Shown: positions 40,658 through 48,174 of the stretch, one piece after another
Position numbering within the stretch: the first letter of the stretch is position 1
How the letters are laid out: every line of letters starts with the position of its first letter
Assembly: GCA_918262735.1 (NCBI GenBank)
Contig: CAKJYJ010000005.1
Coordinates: 211,035-275,034, forward strand
Origin: Clostridiales bacterium
GTDB taxonomy: Bacteria > Bacillota > Clostridia > Christensenellales > UBA1242
Length of the DNA stretch: 64,000 bases
Direction of reading: 5' to 3'
Notes under the pieces: model-generated
The model's database searches: none
Told to the model about the DNA's origin: nothing
The model's input: the letters and a program-made list of their open reading frames with translations, nothing else
Program-made: the position numbers and the translations under genes

Positions 40658-42175
40658 TTATTGCTTAACTATTTCATCATCAATGGTAACCGCTGGCTTT
40701 TTATTGTGGTTCTTCGCATCCTTGTTTGCCAACTCTTCCATTTGTTTTACAAACTCTTCCTGAATTACTGCTTGATACCTCTCGGTTGCTTTATCTGGAA
40801 GTTGTGTTGATTCAAAAATTGGGGTGTTATAATTCAATAAGTCGTCTGCGTGACTAAAATTACCTAACATTTGTTCTATCTCAATTAAACGATACATTTT
40901 TCTCTTATCAAACATTCCTTCAACAGCAACCGAAACGTTAGCTTGTTTATAAATTGAAGTAACATGTTCGTTAAATTCTTCATATGTCATATTCTTTATA
41001 TAGTTCATTGCTGCTTTATAATCAATAAATGGAATATTGTTCATATAGTCACTAAAATTTGAACGTGCAGAACATGTTCTAAACTTTTGAAGTTTTGCAT
41101 TCTCCCTGTCGGTTATTGCTTTTTTAACTGTATAAAATGCGTCTTCAGGAATTCCATTAATCCCAAAGTCATAGATTAAATCACACAATGTCCTTATTGT
41201 TTTTCTCATATTCGCGGCATTGGTGGTTGCTGAAAAATTCTTAAACTTTCCATTTCCACAATCACAATTTTCTAAATCATATTCATAAACGAGATTATTT
41301 TTAACTCTTAGAGCGTCATATAAAAATCCACCAATATCGTTCATTAAATACTCTTCAACAATATCGTATGCAAATTCTTTGTCTGGATTTTCAGCGTAAT
41401 CATCACGTTCTCTTAAAAGAAGATTTATTTTAACATTATATGATGGGGTGCATGGAAAAACACACATCTTGTTTTCCCTAACAAATTCACGAGGTTCACT
41501 TGGCTCAATAATGTATTTTGAACTCTTTGCTCTAGGTAACCTGCTAAACACTTTTTCCTCAAATATTTTTATAATATCCTCAGCTGGCTTGTTAGATGTT
41601 ACAGATATAACAAGGTTATCTGTGTTAAAGTATCTTCTTTTATACTCTGCCAAAATTTCTGGGGTTATTAGACTTAAAGATTTTGGTGTTCCCAATATAT
41701 CGGCAGAACTCATACTATTTCCGCCCTCTCTTAATGTTGAGATGAGTAACTCTAGGGCTGAAATATCATCATCTTCGTCTTTATACATATTTATTTCTTG
41801 CTTAACAATTTCTTTTTCAAGTTTAATCTGTTCTGGTGTGTACTTTCTTGTTATAACCGAGTTCATAAGGTTATCTAGTGCTGGCTCAAGATTGTTTTCT
41901 GTTGCACTAAAATCTAACGAAATAAAGTTTTTGCCCGTGAATGCATTTTGATTAAGCGAATATTTTAGTACATTATTTAATGTTCTTGTTGTTCCTGCTG
42001 GCTTGTGATCTCTAAACAAAAGATGCTCAAGTAAATGGCTTAAACCCTTATATTTTCCATCAAGTTGTGCCCCTGAACGAAAGCTTAAAATAACTGAGCT
42101 TCCATTAAAAGCTGTATGTTTTTGATAAATTAATGTTGCTCCGTTATCTAGTTTATATACCTCTTGCTTTGCCAT
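40658..42175 (-). CDS. M16-family (pitrilysin/insulinase-like) zinc peptidase
   Basis: The HxxEH motif (LSHLLEHLLF) lies near the N-terminus of a ~505-aa protein. The ATG at 42175 is preceded by GGAGG; the tracked ORF extends to 42268. Confidence 0.75.
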   Translation of the reverse strand: MAKQEVYKLDNGATLIYQKHTAFNGSSVILSFRSGAQLDGKYKGLSHLLEHLLFRDHKPAGTTRTLNNVLKYSLNQNAFTGKNFISLDFSATENNLEPALDNLMNSVITRKYTPEQIKLEKEIVKQEINMYKDEDDDISALELLISTLREGGNSMSSADILGTPKSLSLITPEILAEYKRRYFNTDNLVISVTSNKPAEDIIKIFEEKVFSRLPRAKSSKYIIEPSEPREFVRENKMCVFPCTPSYNVKINLLLRERDDYAENPDKEFAYDIVEEYLMNDIGGFLYDALRVKNNLVYEYDLENCDCGNGKFKNFSATTNAANMRKTIRTLCDLIYDFGINGIPEDAFYTVKKAITDRENAKLQKFRTCSARSNFSDYMNNIPFIDYKAAMNYIKNMTYEEFNEHVTSIYKQANVSVAVEGMFDKRKMYRLIEIEQMLGNFSHADDLLNYNTPIFESTQLPDKATERYQAVIQEEFVKQMEELANKDAKNHNKKPAVTIDDEIVKQ

Positions 42176-42356
42176 AGTTCCTCCACCGTGTAATTTATTA
42201 TAACATACACTATTTAATATTTCAATATGTTTTTTCTTATCATTTTTGTCATTCAAAAAATGACCCACCCATGCAAAATGGTAAATTTTTAATAAATAAT
42301 GTACATTTTTTTAATTATGGTGTATAATTAAAGAAAAAATTTATTAATAACATTTT

Positions 42357-42396
42357 GCGCCCATAGTGAAATGGATATCACACGAGTCTTCGGAAC
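42357..42396 (+). pseudogene. tRNA-Arg(UCG)-like 5' half (fragment 1), ending at the anticodon loop
   Basis: GCGCCCATAGTGAAATGGATATCAC matches the intact tRNA at 42647 in 24/25 nt. Similarity is lost right after GTCTTCGGAAC, and no T arm or acceptor 3' strand follows. A TGTATAAT extended -10 lies about 30 nt upstream. Confidence 0.7.
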
Positions 42397-42561
42397 GTCG
42401 TCGCAATTATCAGTTTTTCTGCATTATTTGCTCCGCAAAATGCAATGTCGCCTTCAATTGCTCCTCTCCCCATTCGGTTCTTCAAACCTCTGGGGACCCC
42501 AAATCAACTCACCAATGGTTCCTCTTGCTTAAATATGTTTTTTTAATTTTTATATTTTTTT

Positions 42562-42630
42562 GCGCTCATGGTGTAACGGATAGCACAATGGTCTTCGGAA
42601 CAGATTTCGTGGGTTCGATTATCCCATTAA
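42562..42630 (+). pseudogene. tRNA-Arg(UCG)-like fragment 2: good 5' half, degenerate 3' part without an acceptor strand
   Basis: GCGCTCA TG GTGT AACGGATA GCAC A ATGGT CTTCGGA, followed by ACAGATTTCGTGGGTTCGATTATCCCATT. That following stretch cannot pair with the 5' half. Confidence 0.7.
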
Positions 42631-42646
42631 AAAAATAATCACATTT

Positions 42647-42721
42647 GCGCCCATAGTGAAGTGGATATCACAATAGTCTTCGGAACTATTATGCCGAGTT
42701 CGAGTCTTGGTGGGCGCACCA
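42647..42721 (+). tRNA. tRNA-Arg (anticodon UCG), intact
   Basis: GCGCCCA TA GTGA AGTGGATA TCAC A ATAGT CTTCGGA ACTAT TATG CCGAG TTCGAGT CTTGG TGGGCGC A CCA. All four stems pair. Two hairpin terminators follow. Confidence 0.85.
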
Positions 42722-42969
42722 AAAAAGCCCGATTTTACGGGCATTTCAGCGATTTTTATTAGTCGCTGATTTTTTATTGTCAAACAAAAAAATCGAACTC
42801 CCAAATAAAGACAATACTCATTTAGGGGTTCGATTTTAATACTTAAAAAGTATACATATTTTTGCTCAAAAAGTGCTAATTTCTACGAATTTTCTACGAA
42901 TTTATAGCGAATTTTTGCAAACAACTTTGTTTTTGATGTATTTTATCGTATCGTATCATATAGTGCTTT

Positions 42970-44319
42970 TTACATTTCAAAATCTCTTTGTCTGCGTTTT
43001 CTTCGTTCTTCTTGCTTTTGTTTTTCTTCAAGTATTTGCTCTTGTTCCTTTCTTTTTTCAGCAAGTTTTCGTTCAAGTTCAGCAATTTCGTCATCAAGAT
43101 TTTCTTCTTTAATCATTTCTGGCTCTTCAATTTCTTCTTCGTTTTCTTCTGTTGGTTGTTCTATTGTTTTTGTAAGAGCGTTGCTAATTGCATTTGCACT
43201 TTCATATTTTGCCGTGTAGTCCAAATGTGAATAGACATCGGCTGTTGTGTTAAAGTTTGAATGGCCTAACCATTCCTGAATATTTTTCATTGGGACTTTA
43301 CTTGCAACAAGCAAACTAGCACAAGAATGTCTTAAATCGTGAAACCTAATGTGTTTTAAGTGGTTTCTTTGTAATATTTTTCTAAACCTGTTTGTAACAA
43401 GATTTGGGTCATAAATATCACCAATATCATCAACAAACACATAATCAACATATTTGTAGTTATAACTTTTTCCAAACACTTCTTTGTTATGTTCAATCTC
43501 TTGCTTTCTTTCAAGTAGCATTTGTTCTATTTCTGGGAGCAAAGGTAATGTTCTATTACTTGCTTGTGTTTTCAAAGTGTCGGACAAATAATAAACTCCA
43601 TTTACATTTAAGACCTTGTGTTTAATTGTTATCATTTTATTTTCAAAATCTATTGCGTCCCATTTTAAGCCAATTAGTTCACTTCGCCTAAATCCATAAA
43701 AAGCGGCAACACGAACTATTAGTTTCAGAGATGTTTTGTCCGTAACCTTAAATAGTTCTTCTAATTCGTCTTTGTTATAAAAGTTCATTCTTGTTTTTTC
43801 TCTTTTTATATGTGGCATAAACTCGTATGGATTTTTTGCAATTAAATCATCTCGGTATGCCTTGCGAAGTGCTGGCGAAAGCAGAGTAGCGTGATGTTTG
43901 ACTGTAATGTTTTTATTCCCTCTTTCTTTTCTGAGATAGTCATAGAAATCCAAAATGTGATGATAAGTTACATCTTTGAGTTTTAATTTGTCACCAAAGA
44001 ATTTTTTTATAACTCTCACTTGATTACTGTATGAGTAAAAAACTGCCGGCGAAAGTTCATCTTTCTTGCTTTCCACATATTGCTCAATATAATCCACAAA
44101 TAAAATATCATTTTTAACTTGTGGCTCGGGTGTCTGTTCATAAACTTCTTCTGGATTAAATTTGTCTAATTGTTCTTTGAGAAATTTTTGTGCTTCCTTT
44201 TTATTACCTCTCTCTTTAAGTCCTGTTGTAATCCATTTTTGCTTATATTTGCCATAATTATCTTTGTAGTTTATGACAGCATAATATATGCCATTTTTTA
44301 CTTTCAAACTTCCTGTCAT
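42970..44319 (-). CDS. Tyrosine-type site-specific integrase with a charged C-terminal tail
   Basis: 449 aa with an N-terminal arm-binding-like domain, a SAM-like core-binding domain and the catalytic residues in order: FRRSEL (Arg I), HDLRHS (His-x-x-Arg), GHSNFNTTADVYSHL (His/Tyr). It lies adjacent to the tRNA. Confidence 0.9.
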   Translation of the reverse strand: MTGSLKVKNGIYYAVINYKDNYGKYKQKWITTGLKERGNKKEAQKFLKEQLDKFNPEEVYEQTPEPQVKNDILFVDYIEQYVESKKDELSPAVFYSYSNQVRVIKKFFGDKLKLKDVTYHHILDFYDYLRKERGNKNITVKHHATLLSPALRKAYRDDLIAKNPYEFMPHIKREKTRMNFYNKDELEELFKVTDKTSLKLIVRVAAFYGFRRSELIGLKWDAIDFENKMITIKHKVLNVNGVYYLSDTLKTQASNRTLPLLPEIEQMLLERKQEIEHNKEVFGKSYNYKYVDYVFVDDIGDIYDPNLVTNRFRKILQRNHLKHIRFHDLRHSCASLLVASKVPMKNIQEWLGHSNFNTTADVYSHLDYTAKYESANAISNALTKTIEQPTEENEEEIEEPEMIKEENLDDEIAELERKLAEKRKEQEQILEEKQKQEERRKRRQRDFEM

Positions 44320-44525
44320 AGTTGTTCACCTCCAATTAAATATGCGATGACATTGTATTTTGGGATTTTATAGTCTTTGCCAATTTTGACTGATTTGATT
44401 GTTCCATCTCGCAAAAGTTCATAGGTCTTTGTTCGTTTGATTCCGAGCATTTGGCCTAATTGTTCAACTCCAACGCAATCTGGGAAATCTTTAAACATAA
44501 TTTCATTTAGTTCTTTAATGCCCAT
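44316..44525 (-). CDS. Excisionase-family helix-turn-helix protein
   Basis: VEQLGQMLGIKRTKTYELLRDGTIKSVKIGKDYKIPKYNV is a typical HTH_17/Xis pattern. It overlaps the integrase start by 4 nt. The ATG at 44525 follows GAGGTG. Confidence 0.7.
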   Translation of the reverse strand: MGIKELNEIMFKDFPDCVGVEQLGQMLGIKRTKTYELLRDGTIKSVKIGKDYKIPKYNVIAYLIGGEQL

Positions 44526-44533
44526 ATTGCACC

Positions 44534-45220
44534 TCACATTTCCATATCTGACTTTCGGCTTTGATTTGCAATATCAAGCAAGTCATCAAGGTTGGTTAAA
44601 AATCTTTTATTTCGTTTAAGGTCAATATTGGCATAAATATTTTGTATTCTCTTAAATTTCAAATCAAATCTAGTCCAAGCACGGTAATAATCGTAATCGT
44701 GAGCTTTTTGACATATAAATTTGTCAAGACAGCAAGCAAGTCCAGAAAGTAAGATTTGTGGCAAATTATTATCTCTTCCAACATATCTCAAATTTCTGCT
44801 TAGAGTATTGTAATTTAATCTTGTTCCATTGTCTTTAAGAGCAATATATTCTTGATAATTGAAATTATAGTTTTCTTTCAAAATGCTGTTTTTAAGTTGT
44901 TTTTTTTTAAGTTCTAAAAGTAGTTTTTTAATGCTTGGGAGTAGTGGAAATTCTCTCATTAAATTTGTTTTTCTTTCACAATCCCAACCATAATAAAATT
45001 TTGAATTTCGTCCTTGTTTGATAGGATAAATTTTTATTGTGTTATTCTCAAAATCTATATCTTCCCATTTGATATTTACAAGTTCCATTCTTGATATTTC
45101 ATAGGCCATAATCAGTTTGAAATAACACTCGTATTTGTTTCCTTTGATAGCTTTCAAAAATGCTTTCGTTTGTTTTAAGTCAAAGGTATTTTCGTCATTG
45201 ATTTCATTTAGATAAATCAT
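44534..45220 (-). CDS. Tyrosine-recombinase-like protein lacking most catalytic residues
   Basis: It aligns by eye to the catalytic domain of the neighbouring integrase. ISRMELVNIKWEDIDFENNTIKI matches FRRSELIGLKWDAIDFENKMITI, and FPLLPSIKKLL matches LPLLPEIEQML. However, HDLRHS is replaced by LSGLAC, and no VYSH-type Tyr context is present. The ATG at 45220 follows GAGGAAGGAA. Confidence 0.6.
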   Translation of the reverse strand: MIYLNEINDENTFDLKQTKAFLKAIKGNKYECYFKLIMAYEISRMELVNIKWEDIDFENNTIKIYPIKQGRNSKFYYGWDCERKTNLMREFPLLPSIKKLLLELKKKQLKNSILKENYNFNYQEYIALKDNGTRLNYNTLSRNLRYVGRDNNLPQILLSGLACCLDKFICQKAHDYDYYRAWTRFDLKFKRIQNIYANIDLKRNKRFLTNLDDLLDIANQSRKSDMEM

Positions 45221-45264
45221 AGTATTCCTTCCTCGTTTTAAGATTTTATCTAAACACATTTAAC

Positions 45265-45300
45265 CATAGTTCTTTAACGCATTGAGCGAAAGACTTTCGG
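45265..45300 (-). repeat. 36-nt conserved leader motif, copy 1 (contains the palindrome CGAAAG-A-CTTTCG)
   Basis: catagttctttaacgcattgagcgaaagactttcgg matches 47177-47212 in 34/36 nt. It lies just upstream of the degenerate-integrase gene. Confidence 0.8.
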
Positions 45301-45518
45301 TTTTAACGCCTTTTGTGACGGATTGATTTCTATCAATCAAATAGCAAACCTTGTTTGCAAATCGGCAGTCTGGGTATCCCAGCAAGCCGATAGACAGACG
45401 AGAAAACTGCAAATTTAGGGGCGTTTCTCAAAAAGTGTTGATTTTTCAATGCTTTTTAGAGAAAAAACCACTTGCTGTTTCTCGCTTATCCTGTTTTCTA
45501 TAATCTCTTTCTAAATAC

Positions 45519-46715
45519 CTACATTTCTGCTTCAATATATCCTTCTTCCACAAGAGTTTTATATCTCACTTCATCAAGCTTTTTTAGGTAGTCATCAAAT
45601 GCTTTCATCGTTTCTTTATCAAACTCAACAGACGCTTTCAAACATTCATTAAGTTGCCTAAATAGACTTTTCTTTTGAGCATATTTTTGGCTTTTGTAAC
45701 TTGCATTAAGTTTTAATCTTCTAATGTCCATTGCCTTAATTCTAACCGCATAATGTAACACTTCATTTCCAAGTCGGCGATATATATCTTTCATATATTT
45801 TCGCTCAAATGTAAATGGTTGTTTGCAGTGATTTCTTTTGCAGTAATTTGCAAACAATTCATCTTTGTATTTGGCTTGCTCAATGAACTCGTTGTATGCA
45901 GATGTTGCCACACTTGACTTGTTTATTAAGTAAGTTGTTATGTCGTCAATTTCGGCTCTGAAAGGTGCAATGTCATTGCTTGAATAATAACATTTTTCAA
46001 TGTCATAAATCTTGCTTCCAAGACTTAACAACTTGTTGTTTATCACAAATCCAGATTTTGCTCTTAATTCGTCCACAATTGCTTGTTTGAGTGTTTGTCT
46101 ATTCTTTATCTCAATTGCTTTGAAATCGGTCGCAGAAAGCTCCAAATTGGCTCTAAATTCTTGCATTGCCACATTGGATAATTTGCCAATAGAAAATTGC
46201 TTGCATTTTTTGTTTGGTCTAATTCTTAAAGCTTTCTTTTCAAAAAAGCACAAATGAATATGTCTATTGTCCGTGTTCTCGTGCAGTCCTGCAAACCATT
46301 CTATGTTTTCGGGATTTAGTCCACATCTCTTAAAAAACTTTGGTAATTCGGTTTTCATAAGTTCGTATGCTTGCTCATAGCAGTTAACCCAAGTTTTACC
46401 AAACACTTCTTCAAAGGATATAACACAATCCCAAATGATTGATTTTGTCTTTCGCAGTTTATTTCTTAATTCCTTTTTGTAGTCATCTGAAATAAGTCCA
46501 TCTTGATTGAATATTCCACGAGATTTTTCTCTTGATTGCATATATGCCACATAGTCCAAACTCTTGAATTCGTTTATTCCTGAAATTATGTAGTTCATAT
46601 AATCTTTTGCTTTGTTAGAAGAATAATATTTTCGTTTTTGTTGCATTGCCTTGCTTTTGTAATTGGGAGAATAATACTTTACAAAGAAATTAACTTTCGG
46701 TGTCGCCATAAACAA
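45519..46715 (-). CDS. Relaxase / mobilization nuclease (MobA/VirD2-type histidine triad)
   Basis: 398 aa. GLHENTDNRHIHLCF matches the HxDxxxxHxH motif III of MOB relaxases (compare RP4 TraI HTDTDNLHIH). Tyr-rich N-terminus. Confidence 0.7.
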   Translation of the reverse strand: MFMATPKVNFFVKYYSPNYKSKAMQQKRKYYSSNKAKDYMNYIISGINEFKSLDYVAYMQSREKSRGIFNQDGLISDDYKKELRNKLRKTKSIIWDCVISFEEVFGKTWVNCYEQAYELMKTELPKFFKRCGLNPENIEWFAGLHENTDNRHIHLCFFEKKALRIRPNKKCKQFSIGKLSNVAMQEFRANLELSATDFKAIEIKNRQTLKQAIVDELRAKSGFVINNKLLSLGSKIYDIEKCYYSSNDIAPFRAEIDDITTYLINKSSVATSAYNEFIEQAKYKDELFANYCKRNHCKQPFTFERKYMKDIYRRLGNEVLHYAVRIKAMDIRRLKLNASYKSQKYAQKKSLFRQLNECLKASVEFDKETMKAFDDYLKKLDEVRYKTLVEEGYIEAEM

Positions 46716-47133
46716 GTGTCCTCATTTTTTGGTGTAAGTCATAGTGTGAGAATAGTCCATCTAAAATATCTGCATTGTTCACTTCAACATTGCCATTGCT
46801 GTTATACACAACATTAGCAATAAAATTGCAAAGATATTCAATGACCAAGTGGTTTATTTCAAACTCTTTTTCATACACACCAATCAATCCTTCCAATCGT
46901 TCCAATTTCTTTGTGTGGTTTTTTAACACTTCGGTTATCTCACTCAAATTTTTAGAATGGTCAACTTCGGTGTCTCCCAACATCTTTTTTGCACCAATCA
47001 CAAGACAAGCTCTTTGAAAGTCTGTTTTGTTATCAAAGCCAGATTTACATCTTGAATATACTTTATCTAACAAATCTTTGTCTTCCTGATTGTAAATTCG
47101 TAAAGTGAATTGGTCTTTTAATTGTTTTGTCAT
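46690..47133 (-). CDS. Putative relaxosome accessory protein (ribbon-helix-helix-like N-terminus)
   Basis: 147 aa, overlapping the relaxase start by 26 nt. The N-terminal QFTLRIYNQEDKDLLDKV looks like a strand-helix RHH motif. The assignment is contextual. Confidence 0.45.
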   Translation of the reverse strand: MTKQLKDQFTLRIYNQEDKDLLDKVYSRCKSGFDNKTDFQRACLVIGAKKMLGDTEVDHSKNLSEITEVLKNHTKKLERLEGLIGVYEKEFEINHLVIEYLCNFIANVVYNSNGNVEVNNADILDGLFSHYDLHQKMRTLVYGDTES

Positions 47134-47176
47134 AGTTCCTCCATATATAATTCATCTTTACTAAATTTGGTCTTGT

Positions 47177-47212
47177 CATAGTTCTTTTACGCATCGAGCG
47201 AAAGACTTTCGG
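47177..47212 (-). repeat. 36-nt conserved leader motif, copy 2 (candidate oriT/operator)
   Basis: catagttcttttacgcatcgagcgaaagactttcgg, about 45 nt upstream of the accessory/relaxase operon. Confidence 0.8.
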
Positions 47213-47376
47213 CACTATCGCTTCCAAACAAACGAAATGGTTGTATTGCCATTTACAATATTTTCATCACCTCCTTTTAAGTTTTTATTTTCTTCCGACA
47301 TCTTTTTACATTTCGCACCTCCTTATAACTTGATTTTATAACTACCGCGTGGACAACGTCTGTCCATGCGGAAATT

Positions 47377-47640
47377 ATTTTCAAAAAAATTTTAACAATG
47401 TCGTTCGGAAACACCTTTGCCGGTCGGTTAAACTTTTTTTGATTTTTCAAAAGTATTTTACAATTGTCGCATTATCACAGGTTGATAACACGAGAAAAGT
47501 TTTTTAACTTTTTCAAAGAGATTTTAGCAGTGCATATTGCCATACATCTTAGCAATACTAAAAACATTTTATATTTGTCGGTGGTTCAACGGTTGAACCA
47601 TCGGTCAAACTTTTTTAACTTTTTCAAAAAAAATTTTATA
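47377..47640. repeat. Iteron-like array: 3.5 copies of a ~30-nt A/T-tract module, each preceded by a different palindrome
   Basis: The module aaac-tttttt-(g/a)a(t/c)-ttttcaaa-(a/g)(a/g)(t/a)-atttta occurs at about 47430-47460, 47497-47526 and 47608-47638, with a partial copy at 47379-47395. Palindromes TTATCACAGGTTGATAA (47471-47487) and GGTTCAACGGTTGAACC (47583-47599) precede units 2 and 3; unit 1 has only a weaker one. TGTCG delimiters sit at 47398, 47465 and 47576. Confidence 0.7.
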
Positions 47641-48125
47641 AAATAAATTGTTTCAATGTTTGATACAATTTAGATATTTTTCTAACAAGAAAAAAGCAAG
47701 TAATAACTACTTGCTTAATCGCCCCATCAAATAGGGGAAAACCAATATAATATATAATATCTAACAAGAAAAAATATAATATACATTTATATATAATATA
47801 TAGGGGAATGCACTTCGGCTTAGAGAACAAACACACTCATTTTTGTTTTGTTAGATAACTATAATACTTTTCAATCTTGTCTTGTTAGAAAGCCGCCCTC
47901 ATTTATATAGTAAAATCGTATAGCACCGAATTTGCCAAAACCCTTGTATTTTCGGGGGGAAAGAGAGAACCACAAAATAAAAAAATCTAAAAAAAATTTA
48001 TGTCCCTCTACTAATATAAGGACACCTAGTTGCAATTTGTCCGTGTGTTTTTGCCACTTTTTGAAAACTTTTTTGTAAAATCTTGTCTTTTTGTGTTGAA
48101 ATCCGTTTTTCTCCATTTCAAAACA

Positions 48126-48156
48126 TAAAAAATGACCTAGCGAGTAGCTAAGTCAT
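48126..48156 (-). terminator. Intrinsic terminator of the giant surface-protein gene
   Basis: The minus strand reads ATGACTTAGCTACTCGCTAGGTCATTTTTTAT, about 20 nt after the stop at 48175. Confidence 0.65.
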
Positions 48157-48174
48157 TTTGTTTTTTTTATTGTG

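Noticed and set aside
42357-42561. Possibility that tRNA fragment 1 is a tRNA interrupted by a group I intron in the anticodon loop.
   Set aside because: No matching 3' exon (ACTCG stem, T arm, TGGGCGC acceptor) follows within the next ~200 nt before fragment 2. About 165 nt is too short for a group I intron, and no P7/P3-like pairings were visible.
42366-42638. 90-aa plus-strand ORF across the tRNA-Arg fragments.
   Set aside because: It starts inside tRNA fragment 1 and ends in fragment 2, and it has no RBS. tRNA-derived sequence explains the region better.
47464-48116. Small ORFs in the non-coding part of the element (47464-47646 +, 47636-47836 -, 47871-48116 -).
   Set aside because: The first is built from the iteron modules (KFFNFFKE / NFFNFFKK reflect the DNA repeat). 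None has a Shine-Dalgarno, and the last begins right after the giant gene's terminator. They are treated as non-coding, though Ribo-seq could revise this.
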